Shown here one piece after another: positions 1 to 12,389 of a stretch of DNA of 64,000 nucleotides. The notes beneath the pieces were generated by a model, which made no database searches, was not told the origin of the DNA, and was given only the letters and a program-made list of their open reading frames with translations. The first letter of the stretch is position 1. Every line of letters begins with the position of its first letter. Source of the DNA: Raillietiella orientalis (lineage: Eukaryota); contig JAYWIR010000008.1 of the NCBI GenBank assembly GCA_036172245.1, forward strand, positions 4,526,001 through 4,590,000, read 5' to 3'. The position numbers and the translations under genes were made by a program.

Positions 1-2722
1 CTCTCCCATCTTTTTCACCTTCTGATCCTGTTTTTTTTTTTTTGTGTGTGTGGGGGGGGGGATGATCCCTTTTTTGGACTTCATCGGAAAAACGAAGAAT
101 AAAAAGGTTCGGATAGTTCAAGGACGGCACATTTTTTCCGAAATGTGTGTGCCATCGGCGTGCCGTTTTGGTGGCGGCTCGCGGCGAACGCATCGTGCGA
201 GGAGCGCTGCGGTCGGCCCTCACCGACGTGCGGCGGAGGGGAGGGCAAACGGGCCTCCGGAGCCAGCAATGGGAACGTCCGTCCACTAATCCTTCACATC
301 GCTCCGAGGCCGCGTCCACGCAATTGGCGGCCACTCGTCGCTGCCGCCGCCGTAGCCGCTGGTTCTGACCCCGAAACCTGCAAAACTTGATGGACGCGCG
401 CAGAAACGGAAGCGCCCGTGGGAAAAATTTGGAAGGGCAGACAGCAAAAAAAAAAAAAACTCTGGAAGCGCGAATCCCTTTCCGGTACGTCACTCGGGAG
501 CAAGGGATCCCGCTTCCTTCGGGACGTTTTGCAGCGGAGGCTTCGCTCGCCCTTCCGGCTTCACGAGACACGACGTGAAGAGGGGAGGAAATCCACTTTT
601 GTGAGCGAAGTGGCCCCGTTTTTTCGCCTCTCGTGGACTTCTGGAGCGTCCAGCGAAGGAGTGCAAGCGAAAGGATCGCGTCCGGGGGAGAGAGGGAGGA
701 GAGAGGTGGCTGCAGCCGGGCTCTTGACCCTCTCTCCATTTATGCATTTATGCCCTGCCGTGACTGTTCGCTCTCCATCCGTCCGTTCTCGAACCCGCTC
801 TCCTCCTCCCGCTCTCCAGACCACGCCTGTCTGGCCACTTCTCCCTTCCTCCCCGATCCCCACCCCACCCCCAAAGCCGATCGTACTATCCCGGTCGATA
901 AGGGCGGGGGCGCGGATGCTACACATCTCCGCCTCCGGATCCGTTCCGGTTTGCTTCCTGGATGCACAGCTTCACGAGGAGAGCGCAGGCAGTTTCGGGG
1001 AGGAGGAAGGCGGAGGAGAGGGACTCGGAACAGCCGTTGCGACCCGGCAGTAGCCGGTCCATCACCTACGTGACGAGCAACAGCAGCTTTTGATTCTTTA
1101 TGGCGACGACGCCATAGTAATGGGAAAGCTTCGGAAGTTTCTCTCCCTCGGCACACGCAGACGCCCTCGCACGAAACGTCCTGGTCCGGGCATTTGGATA
1201 TTCGTCCGTAGGGAACGCGCAACTGCCTCCGCAGCAAGACGGAAGCTCCCCGCTGGAGGAGAGGGACGAGGAGCGATGCCGCCATATCACCCGATAAAAA
1301 TCTTCCGAGATCCGCGAGCTCCGAACCGCAGCTTCATTTGATACAACGAAGGCGCAAGGCGTGGGGTCCGTTTCTCACCTCAACTCGGCACTGGGCGCTC
1401 GCATCGGATGTCGACGGGCAGCCGTTCGGTCGAGGCGAGAGAAACCACCAGCCACGAAGGGAAAAAAGAACAACAAACACACAAGCGCTGGACACGTCAT
1501 CGTGGACGACGTCACGAGGCAAAGAAGCGCTCATTCGTCGTCGTCGTCACGGAAATGACTGGCAGCGCGCGCTCAGCTCTTGCCTTCAATGGAGCGTTTT
1601 GAGTGCTCTTGCAGCAGCAGCTGTCTGCGGAACAGCCTCCAGAAAGAGAAAGCTGAGACAGGCGCCGTCGAAGCGCGCACGGACGCGTAAAAAAAGGGGA
1701 GGGGAGCGAAGGAAGAAAAACGGAACCAAAAGGACGGAGGCAGCGGGGAGGGAGGGAGGGAGGGAATGGAGAGAAGAGGAAAGAGGAACAGCAGAACGTC
1801 ACGGAACGGCGCTGGCCCCCAAGATAATCGTCGAGAGAGATTGCGCGAGCGCCACTCGCGCCGCTCCCGTTCTGCAAGCGAGTTTCGGGAAACGCAGAAC
1901 TTTCGGTGCAAGAGTGCCGAAGCTATCCGGTTACTGGGAAGCGGATTCCCTCTCCCGACGTGTGAGGTGGCGGACCTGCATGCGCGCCGATTTCGTGCGA
2001 ATGAAGGAGCGCGTTGTGGCGCACGGAACTCGGGGGCTCGGAGCTCACGCACGCGCGCGCAAGTGCACCCACTTTCAAGGAGGCACGGACCGCAGATTCG
2101 CGCCTTGCCGCCCACGGATTGTGCAACGCATCTTCTGGACAACTTTCCAACGGCACGAGCGGATCCTTCTTTTCCCTCGTGACTCGTTGGGGATTGAAAC
2201 GTCCCCCTCCTCCCCCCTCTTTTCCCCGCCTTCGTCGGTTTTGACTCGAAAGACGTGGGAGCGATCTCCCCCGAGGTATCCTCCCGAGATACCTTCTCCG
2301 GGAACGAAAAGGACACTCGGCGACCGAGCGGCGCGTGCACCGCAAGCCGCGGTCCCGGCGCTGCCGAAGGCACCGGCGCACGCATGCAGACGAATCCCGG
2401 AATCCCGTGCCGAGCCCACTTGAAACGACGAGGGTCGGGAAGTGCCTTCCTCCTTGAAAAGAGAAAGCGGAAGAGCAGGAACACTTCCCCTTCGCTTAAA
2501 AAAGCGAAGCAGCTGGGAGTTCCTCGGCCTCCCCAGCGTCCGCAAATCCTCCTGCGCATGACGGAACTGCTGCTGCCGCCTCCGTTTCCCTGGTGATCAT
2601 CGTCAGGAAGCACGACATACCAAACGTGCCGTTTATTTTTCAGCCGCGAGCCCGGGGAGGCGCTCGTCCTTCTGCCTCCTCCTCCCACGGAGGATCCCCG
2701 GCGCTGCTCAGGCATGTCGAAC

Positions 2723-5700
2723 GAAGGTGCAGTTGCTCTCTCTCAGACCATGGACGTCCACACCGGAAATGTCCCCTTCGTACAGTCTGTGAGCGTGAGC
2801 CTCTTCCTCACCGTTGAGGAACCCCTTGTTTTCTTCGTGCTCTGAAATAAAGACGTTCCTTTACGGATGAGCTGTTGAAAGATGACGAGGATACACGCGA
2901 GGGACCCTCAGAGGACGGGACGGACAGCTGCATTTCCATCTTAATGGATCGCAAGCGCGTACGCTCGATCCCCCTTGCTCCATCCCTCCTCCTCTCCCGT
3001 CCTTTCCTCCCTCAGAAAGCGGGACCTTCGAAAATTCAGGCGCGGGAACGGCAGAGGGAGAGGGGGGAGGGGGGAAGGAATGCAACTTTCCTCGTCCGCG
3101 AAGAATGGACCCCCCTTTCGATCGAAGATCTCCGCAGCCTTCTTGAAGTTCCGCTGGCGGAAGCACCAGGGCGAAGCGATCCGCGTTGTGCGTTTGCGTG
3201 ATGGCGCTCCGGCAGGACGAAACGACGTTCCGCGTGTGCACGCGGGTGCGCGTGGAAACCGGTGGGATGCTCCGGGACGTTCCAGAACACGGAACCGTCC
3301 CAGCACCTCCGGTTCTGGAACGTTCTGGGACGGTTCTGTGCTCTGGGAAAGGGGAGCGTTCACCACCGTAATCCGAAGAGACGTGAACCGTGCGGCTCGC
3401 GGGTCCATCTGACCCCTCCAGTTCTACGCAAATCGTAACGGTTTTTTTCTTCTTCTTTTCTTCTCTTCTCTCTCCCCTGGAGCGATGGAAGCGAAGGGGA
3501 GGAGGGGGAACGGAGCAGCCATCCGTCTGCTAGAGCGGTGTGCTTTTCTTTCTCACGGATAAATATCGCAGTAGTGTTAGGTCCCTTTATCTCGTTCGAA
3601 CGGGCATCTCCCACGCCCATCTGTTGAATTCCCGAAGCACCAACAGAGGAAACTCGGTCTCTCTGCTTTTTTGTAAGGCCGCAAGAATTGCCCGTTCCAG
3701 TTCGTGCCCTCCCCCCCACCCTTTTTCTTTTTTTTTCCCCTCCTCTCTCCTCTCGTCGTCGACTCGGAGAGAGAGGACACATTTTTCTCAAGACGCCTTG
3801 GGTTGTTCGTTCCCCTCCTTCCGCGCACGGAGGAGACCTTGTCAAAGGCGAACCTTTCCGGACCTCTTCCGCTGCCTGGAAAAAGTCACAGGCGGTGACC
3901 GACAAACGGCGCCCTGCGATCCTCGCAGCGTTCACACACGCAGCTGCGAGAGGGGGAGGGTGTCGCTCCATTTCGATGTTCCCTTCCCCTGCTTTATGGA
4001 TAACGCAACTCCGGGCATGATCCAGACTGCAGTTAAAAATGCCTTCCTCTCCTCCTCCTCCTCCCTTCTTCAATTTATTAGGCGCTGATAGCGAAAGCCA
4101 GCCGCAGCTTCCTAGCGCCACGGCGAGAGAGGGAACCATCCGCTCGCTTGCAGCTTCGCTTCCTCTCTCGCACGCGCGCTCGCCATCAGATCCGGACGCA
4201 GTAGGCAACTTCCCGGAGAACTCCCGTTCGCTCCGGACCCTTTACTTTCCCGTTGGCATGCTGGGCTCGGAGATCAATAGCTCTCACATGGGCACTCCTC
4301 GTACGCTCACGGAGCCAACGCCGTCCCGCCGAACTCGCAGTGGATCAGCGGGCGAGGACCACTCTTTTCGAAAGTCCGGACGCGCAGCGGCCACGCGGTG
4401 CCGCGGCCCTCCAACATCCGTGCCGCGACGGGATGTCGGATTCCCCGGGTCACGGGATGGCGAAGCAGAAACGGCGGGCTTTCCAGGAGAACCCGAGGCG
4501 GGGATGGGGTGCACGCAACTGCGCCTCGCCAGCTGGCGAAAAGACGGATCCGCGCGCCAGTGGAAATTTTTTCCCCCTCTCCGGTCACCAACTTTACGAA
4601 GACGCGTGCCCTGCTGATCCCTTCCCGCAAATCGGCGTGCGCTGCACAAACTCGCACGCATCCGACCAAGAAGCAGGGGAACGAATTCTTTCGGGAGCGC
4701 AGGCTTTACTGTGATGATGCTTTCCCAGTCAAACAACATTCCTTGATCCCACGACGACAGCTTCCGAACATGGGAAGGAGTTTGCAATCACAAAGAAAAA
4801 AAAAAAAAAAAAAGAAAAGCGAAACGGGGGCGGTACAGCAGGAACCGTTACCAGGGGGAGCTCATCTCTCACTTTGGGGTTTCGGGTGCAGTTTCCCCCT
4901 GCCGTTTTGTAGCTCGTTCGATAAAGATTGCGACGGCGAACGAGTAATCGGTTGGCGCGGCTGCGAAAAGCTCCCTGTCAGTTTCCGGGATGCATCGGGC
5001 ATCTTTCTCGAGGTTTACCGAGCACAGCGTGACTATCAGGATAAACACTGTAGTAGGGGGGCGAAGAAAGAAAGAAAGAAAAGAAATCCAAGCAGGGAAT
5101 GACAGCAGCAGCACAAAAAAGGGGCAAGGAAAAAAGGCAGACGTACCGTGGGTTCGAATTGGCGCGCGAAGCGACGGCCACTGCTGGGGGGTGCTTCCGC
5201 CCACTCGGTGCTGTCCCGTGCACGTAGGCCCGACGGGAATTTCGATGGCTCTCTCTCACTATTCGTTGGGATGCGGATACCCCAAAGTCAGCATCCGACG
5301 CATCGTCGCTAATCAGTTATTGGTCGTTCGGGGCGTGGTCATCACGGCATGCCCTCAAGGAACTCGCTGCCGCCATCGCTCCCTTCCCCTTCCCCCTCGG
5401 AAGCAACACAAGCGGGGAATCCTTTCGGAAGAACCTCTTCCTGTGCCCCAAAGCGACGAACCGGTTGGGCTGAAGGCTGCGTGATGGAAATGGTACTTCT
5501 CCGCAGCAGCTCTGTGAGGAGGGGAGTGGGGGGTGGGGTAAGGGTAAGGGCGGAGTTTCCTGACTAGCAACGACTGCGCCTTAATAAACCTCGCAAGCTA
5601 CGATGCTGTGCTCGGGCAGAGTTAGGGGCAAGGGTAGGTAGCAGCGGCCGCACTCAGCTGCTCGGCCGCCGGACCACCTTTCCGGACAGGACCTCTACTC

Positions 5701-6070
5701 GTCCGAGATGACAGAAGAGGAAGCGTACCTGTAGTCTTTCCCCGGGAGAAGTCATCCGGATCCAGAGGGTGTCCCGAATGGAGTTCGTGCGAGTCGGCGG
5801 CCGGGCGAGTCGGCGGGGCGGAGAGCTGCAAAGCAAAGAAGACCTCGGTGAGGCGGAGCGATGCTGGGAACGACGGCTGCTTGGAGGGGGAGCAGGAAGA
5901 GGGGGGTGGATCAGCACACCAACCGTTGTTGGCGTTGTCTCCGTCGCCACTTCCGCCGTCGTAGTCGAAGACGGGCGCGACTCCACTAGGTGGCGCGGCG
6001 CTACGCCGACGTGCAGCAGCAGCAGCAGCAGCAGCAGCAGCGGCAGGCGGCGGCTCAGGACACACCTCAT
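2723..6070 (-). CDS. Astacin-like metalloprotease paralog C, 5' part only (signal peptide and propeptide exons 1-3)
   Basis: Exons 6070-5924 (MRCVLSRRLPLLLLLLLLLHVGVAP..., signal peptide), 5825-5729 (GHPLDPDDFSRGK; cf. [13 protein letters not shown] and GEPLNPMDFDNAR in paralogs A and B) and 2841-2723 (RLYEGDISGVDV; cf. FEGDIAG). GT-AG introns with the same phases (0,1,0) as the paralogs. Catalytic exons were not found inside the window. Confidence 0.75.
6014..6040. repeat. (CAG)9 microsatellite, read as poly-Leu in the signal peptide of paralog C
   Basis: Nine perfect CAG units; CTG codons on the minus strand, in frame with the ATG at 6070. Confidence 0.9.
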
Positions 6071-6164
6071 CTCCCGGGAAAGCTGGGCTCTTTGGCTGGC
6101 ACTGCTGCTGTTGTAGATGCCTCCGGGCAGCCTCCCTCCTGAGCTCGCCCTTTCCCTGCGGTTG

Positions 6165-6219
6165 TTTTAAGCTTTCGGTAAGGGCCAGGTGCCCGCGCGT
6201 TACCTCGGACCATGCTGGT
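6165..6219 (-). promoter_or_regulatory. Putative promoter of astacin C: ACCAGCATG, E-box CACCTG, TATA-like TTAAAA
   Basis: Plus-strand catgctggt 6211-6219, caggtg 6186-6191, ttttaa 6165-6170; same order as upstream of paralogs A and B. Confidence 0.6.
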
Positions 6220-7799
6220 CTCTCTCTCTCTCTCCCTTCCTTGTCCTTGGGGAGGGTCGTGAGGGCGAGGCCCACCCTGACTCTCTCGCGACCGGCCCTG
6301 ACCCTCAGCTTTTCATCCAGGATGAGGGTAGAGGAAAGGAGAGGAGGAGGAGGAGGAGGAGGATGAACGCTCCTGAGGTCGGTCCCCCCCTCTCCTCCCA
6401 AGGTCGGCTGACGCGCGCTTTCAGCTCTCCACCTGCTGCCGCCTCCATGTGGAAATAGGGGACCCTGGAATCCTCCGGAAAGCGAGCCAAGGTCGCGACC
6501 AGAAATTGGAACTGGAAACAACTCTTCCCTTTGCCTCTTTCCTCCCTCCCTTGTCTCTACTCATCTCCCAAAGGGAAGGGGATCGCGTCCCACGAAAAGC
6601 CGAACCTGGTATCCCTCTTCTGCTTGCCCTTCTGGCGAAATTTCGGGAAAACCTCGAGGGCCTCGCCCGCAACCAGCATTCTTCCGAGAGCACGCCGACA
6701 GGAGCTTCAGGCTCTTCCTCGCGCCGTGGGACGGGGACCAACCCTCCTCGGAGCGTCCCTTTGAGAGCTTCGGGATGGGAAAGGGGAGCTGGAAAAGCCC
6801 CTGCCCCGTCTTTGCTCCTCCAGGGACTGCTTTCCGGTGAGGGAGTTCGACACGGAAGAACGGGAGAGTCTCCCCATGGTTCCTGGGACCGCTCCTCCTC
6901 GATCGCCTCCCTTCCGCCGCCTGGTTCGAAGGTACCTGGGGGACTCTCGCCTCTCGGAAGGCTCCCCAGGGAAGCGCGGGACACCTCTGCCTCCTTTCTC
7001 TTTGTGCTTATCCGCAGCAGCTCTATAAGGATAGGAGTGGGATAAAGGTAGGAGATAGAAGGCGCCTCCCTAGCTGCTTAGTTTCTCCTCCCCACGTTCC
7101 GGCCATCTCTTTCTGAGGAAGGGACGCGCCCCCATACCCGTTCTCTCCGGAGGTCGCGCTCTCCTACAGATACTCTTGGTAGCGGCTCACGACCGAGGGA
7201 AGAGGTCGCTGTCCTCAGCCGTCGGGATTCCGGGCATCCCTGAGGCGTGATGCCCAGGGTGGGATGGAGGCAGGCTCGGTCTCCTCTACCTCCTCTTCCC
7301 GCTCCCTCCAGCCTCCCTTCAGTTGGGGCGCTCTTTCTCCTTTCGATTGCTTCATCCGTCCGACGCATGCATGCTGTAAGGGGAGGAAGAAGGGCGACTT
7401 CGTTTCCCTTGGCTTCAGGGCCTTCGCTCCTCCAGTGAGACAGCTCCTTCGCCCTGCAGCCAGACGGGGAATCTTCCCCCGTGGACCCCCTCCATATGGC
7501 TTCCACGTGGAGGGAGAGGAGACGGTTCGCCACTCCCGGGTTGCCACCCTGGAGATCCTTCGCGCCAAGCCGGAGCTCCGGCTGGCGCGAAGGATCGGAA
7601 CGCTGCTAGGCTGCGTCGCCAGGGAGACCAAGGACTGCCCCTCTGTGGAACCGAGCGGCGGCCGAGGGCGACTCCGCAATCGGGAGCCTGTGAGTTTCGA
7701 TGTCGGAAGCATTCTACCCCTGGTCATGCCCTGTGGCCTTTGCCGATTAAAAGACAAACACGGAGAGCGAGAGGAGTCCCCGCTGGAGCTCTGCGGCTG

Positions 7800-8830
7800 G
7801 ATTTTCACCCGGTCACCCCGGGACGTTTACTATACAAAATATTCACACGCACAAAACAAAAGCAATCATATACAACACAATACGGAAATGTCTTTCTTCG
7901 TGGTGGTTCCACGTGACCACTATGAAAGGAAATGTCTCGGAAGCGCTGCTTCTCGTGAGCAGCACCCTCGATGAGGTCTGCACCGGAGGAGTGGGGCAAG
8001 GGGTAAACCAAAAGAAAAAAACCCACATGCACGAAAGTTTGGTTTAAAAATGTTTGGGGGGAAGGAGTGGATTACAGATTTCTTCCTGACGTCCTCAGCA
8101 TCCTCTGGAGGATGTTGGCAACTTCCTCCTTTCGTTGGCAGAGACGTGATCATCTTGCCACCTTACTCATGAAGGAGCAGACGGCTGGGATGACCTCACC
8201 GTTCGACCGACCTTTTCCAGCCGCCGCCACCATCCCATTAAGGCAGAGCAGAGCTGTCAGGGAAGCTTCGGGCGAGGTCGAGTCGCGGGCGAAAAGGCGC
8301 CTCAAGACCTTTCTGCCGTTTGTCCGTCGGGAGGGGGACGGTCTCAGCGAGGCGTTCCCGGATACTCAGGAGAGCGACGCAATCCAACAGCAGGAACGGG
8401 AAGGTTTCCCCGTTCCCCGCACTTGACGCACCCCTTCGGCCAGTGAAGGGCTCGCGCGCTGCACGGGATCGCCCAGGTCAGCAACTGCAATGCCGAGTCC
8501 TGCCACTTCAGGCGCGGAGGCGTCCACAAACGCTGGGGGTGTATCTCTGCCTCTGTTCAGGAGGAATGTCCAGAAGCTTCACCCAACGACGAATTCCCTT
8601 TGGGAGAGCGGCAGGGGCGCATGCGTCAGGCAGCTGACGCGCCGTCCAGAGTCCCAGGTGCTGCTTCTTTCCCGCGATCTCGAAGAAGGCTTCCCATCTC
8701 GCAAGGCCGTCGCCACATCCACTTTGTCGCATCGCGTTGAGCGTGGTTGCAAGTGGGGTTTTCGGTGCCCAGGTGGTCTTCCTTGGGAAGCCCACGATCT
8801 CCGGCAACGGGAGGCGAGCGCAGCATGAGA
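7800..8830 (-). mobile_element. Degraded 3' end of an L1/Tx1-like non-LTR retrotransposon (zf-RVT region and 3' UTR)
   Basis: Frameshifted WQD..LQLLTW...C..R...KGCVKCG / ETFPFLLLDC motif; 7800-8160 aligns by eye with 31360-31690 in the opposite orientation. Confidence 0.65.
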
Positions 8831-8894
8831 GTCGCAGGCATCGTGATAGCTCCGGGCTGGAGCCGTTTTCATCCACGCCGGAACTGCTTCCTGC

Positions 8895-9310
8895 TTTTTT
8901 TTTTTGGTTCGTCAAGTGCTGAAGAACCGTTCGCCTGGCAGCTAACGGAGATCTTTCACACTGTTCGACGCCACCCGTGGGCGTGTGTCGACTCTTCAAG
9001 TTAGGAGATACCCCGGAGGGATCACCCTATGAATCCAAGAAGGGCTCCAGATGAAGGAGTCCGTTCCTCTCACGTCCTCTCATCCCCTAAGAGGACCCTC
9101 CATCCTGGTTGTCTCCGAAGGGAACCCCGAAGAGAACCTCTTCCTTATTTTCTCCGGAGGGACCACCAGAAGGGGGTCGCTCCATTATTTCTTCTCCGAA
9201 GGGAACCCGGAAAGGATCTGCTAGTAGGAATTCCTTCTCCAGAAGGTGCCCACAAGGGAATGGCGCCTGGTTTCCTCCTCTGAAGAGAACCACTGGGGGT
9301 AGGAGGGGTC
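8895..9310 (-). mobile_element. 3' portion of tRNA-headed SINE family, ending in an A-run
   Basis: 9008-9300 aligns with 9823-10050 and 39478-39775; minus-strand A-tract at about 8895-8905. Confidence 0.6.
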
Positions 9311-9699
9311 CACTGGATGCAGAGTGTGGAGGGGGAGAGGAGGGGCGCTGGACTCCAGTGCTCCTTGGAGGGTGTCCTCTTTTGCTACCGGATTCACGGG
9401 AGGCTTCCATCCTTCTCCCGCGGAGAGGCACGGAGGAGAGCGGCCGCTGGCGCGGGCCAACTGTCCCGACAAGACGCGGATGCAGCGCCAGACGGTAGCG
9501 ACTGTCCCGCAACCCGCAGAATGAGTGCATCCGGGGCGACGACGCGCCGTGACGAGGCCCTGAGGGGGCGTCACTGACATGAGCGTCCCTCATAGCGAAA
9601 AGAGCGCGCAGACCTGGTTGATGGGCGATCGCAGCGACCGTTTCTCAGATCCGCACCGCGAGAGTTCCCACCACTCTGATTCCGGGGGAGTCAGGATGA

Positions 9700-11004
9700 T
9701 CGTCACTCGCGATCATCCTGATGCATCCGTTCGCCTCCTTAGGGATCAGGGGTCACAGAGATCCTTCAACACTGTTTACGCCACCCGTGGGTGCGCGTGA
9801 TAGGGTGCTTCAAGTTATAGGGGGGCACTCCGGGAGGGGATCACCCTGTGAATCCAGGAAGGATTCTGGATGAAGGAGTCCGGTCCTCTCACGCTTGGCA
9901 GGGGACTTTCGCCTTGGTTGCCCCCGAAGGGAACCACCTCTTCCTCGTTCTTTCCTGAGGGAATCCGGAAAGGATCCGCTCCTGGAATTTCTTTTCCGGG
10001 GGAAACCCACAAGGGGACCGCTCCTGGTTTCCTCCTCTTCCGAAGAGAATCCCGAAGGGACGCTTCCCAATTTCTCAGGAGGTCCGAAGGGAGCAGCGCA
10101 CTTTTGACACTCTGGGGAGGTAACCCCAGAGGGGTCATCAACCAGCTCCTTGGTATGCGATGGAGGGTCTCCCCCTCCCCCACCCACCCCCGAGGAATTC
10201 GTCCCGGGAAAAACTCATCCGGCAGTTCCCTCCGGTCTTCTTCCTGTGCTTCCCCCTTGCGGAGACTTGCGTAACCTACTGTTTCTCTATTCCCCTTCTC
10301 CCTCCTAGAGCTCATCCCTCGCCACCCTTGCTGCAGATGGACTAACGGAACCATCCGCCCATACCGATGATGCTTCCTGTAGGATCTCTTCCCATGAGAA
10401 AGATTGGGAGACATCTGCTCCCCCTACCTGAAGCAGGATGAAGGGGAGGCTGCTACCGTGGTCTCCAGTGCTCCTGCAGCTACCTGCACGGTTCGCGGAA
10501 GCGACTACGCTCAGCCCTCCCACGCCATCTTCAGATGGGAAGTTGGCAAACTCTCGAAAGTTCCGATCTTCTCCGGAGAGGGGAGCAGCCGGGACTGGTC
10601 CGGACGGCAGATGAGTCCTGCGTCCGCTCCAAGAAGAGACGGACGAGCGGAGTAGGCAAGCGTGATCGAGGTCCACGACCTCTGGATTTCGGGTAGCCTT
10701 CGGGCCTGCGCGAGGAGCACCAGCAATGTCGCCCACGTTCACAGCCGTAGAGGAACCCCGGAAGGAATCTGGTCCTAGATTTCCTGAAGGGCCCCGGAGA
10801 GGGTCCCTGCTAGTCAACGGGAATATCCGTCCCGAATAATCCCACCCAAATAGGCCAAACCAGCGTCATCCTGTGGGGGAGACTGGAAACCCAGGACGCG
10901 CCCACCCATTTCCCTAGCGTCGATCCTTCCTCGGGTGGGATTCGTACCCTTAACGCTTGGTGCCACGTGCGGAGACCGCAGCCACACGGCAGCCAACGCG
11001 GGAG
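9700..11004 (-). mobile_element. tRNA-headed SINE copy with an extra internal segment (~10200-10750)
   Basis: Head ctcccgcgttggc...gtggctgcggtctccgcacgtggcaccaagcg with B-box-like GGTACGAATCC (10948-10938); body aligns with the copies at 33.0-33.5 kb and 39.5-40.2 kb. Confidence 0.65.
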
Positions 11005-12211
11005 AAGGATTCGGAAGAATCAGTGCCGACGGAAGGTTTGGACCATGCCCTAGGCCGAGATCAGCATCCTCTCACTCTTCCGAAGACGTCCTCTCCGTCC
11101 TTCGGTTCCCGAAACGGTCAGAGGCTCGTCCTTCCTGCTCAGGGTCCCCGGAGCTGCGGGACAGCATGTCGGCCTCCGTGCAGCCGATCGACGACTCCCA
11201 ACCCACGCGGTCTCGGCCTCTACCGGAGAGCGGACCTCGGGAGCCTTAGAGAGATGTCACTCCCGGCGAACCGACGAGGCGAAGGAGCTGTCGAGATATG
11301 ATCTGGGGGGGAGGGGGTTCCAGAACGAGCGCAAGGATAAACTTTCCTGGTTGTCAGATTCGCTCCATCCTGGGTTGCTTCGAAACTGATCGCTGCTGTT
11401 CGCGTTCTTCCCACCAGAAAGGAAACAGAAGAGGGACGATCCGTTGCTAGCTTTCTTCTCCCGATGAATGACTGACCAGCTGCGAACACTCCGGATCGGA
11501 AGGTCCGCTTCAGGATGAAAATCTGAACTTTCGTGCTTTAGGAGGCACTAGCAGCAGCTTTCATCTTGTCTTCTCCCTCCATTCTCTGTGGATACCATTA
11601 CTCTTAGGGCTTTGGAGCATCCCTCCCCTGCTCTATTCCCCTTCCCCACCTCTCCTCAGACAGGCCCACGCCTTTGTCTCCAATGTCTGCTCCTAGAAAC
11701 AAACGTGCGGAAGAATACAAATGGAGGTTCGTCCTCCAGAAGGGCGATTTCACCCTCCCTTCCCCTCCCTCTCCTGTCGGACCAGGGTGGAGATTTCAGG
11801 TTCGAGGATGGTTGACCGACGGTGGTTCACAGGTGACAATTGCGAAAACCCGTGACCAGTGAGAGGGCTGCTCCTCCTCGCGAAGGCTTGGCGAACCGTC
11901 TGGAGTTGACGAGACTCACGTCATTGCGCCCGAAAGGCGCGGCTTTTCTTTTTTTGTCCCCCCTCCTCCCGCCATCTTTTTTCTCCCACCCTGGCGTGCG
12001 GAACGGCTTATCTGGTTCCGATCCACAAGTGCGAGTTCGTGAGAAAACTTCCCGTTCCCCAAGGCAATGTCGGCACGGGGAAAAACGGCAAAAGAAAGAG
12101 AGAGAGAGAGAGGAAGAAGGAGAAGGAAGGGGGGTAGAAGAAGAAGACGAAGAAGAAACGAAACAGAAAATAAGCTGAAATCACCAAGGAGACCTCGTCG
12201 CTCTTTGCAGT

Positions 12212-12217
12212 TTTATT
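12212..12217 (-). terminator. Polyadenylation signal AATAAA of astacin A
   Basis: Plus-strand tttatt about 170 nt downstream of the stop codon at 12390. Confidence 0.6.
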
Positions 12218-12389
12218 CCGCTGATGTGCTCCAAAGAACTCCGGACTCCGGATGTGCGCCCCTCCTCCCCCATGTCCGATCCCTGCTGCGAAGAACGAAG
12301 CCAGGGCCGTGGCAGGGGAAGGGGGAGAATTTTCAGGGCAGCTGCTGCTGTGGGTCTTCGGCGGTCGAGGTGGATCTGATGGTAGCGGC

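Noticed and set aside
1179..1252. RGASVLLRRQLRVPYGRISKCP as exon 4 of astacin C
   Set aside because: VPY..ISK is suggestive, but the conserved Trp is missing, the donor phase does not fit and no exon 5 or 6 follows in order.
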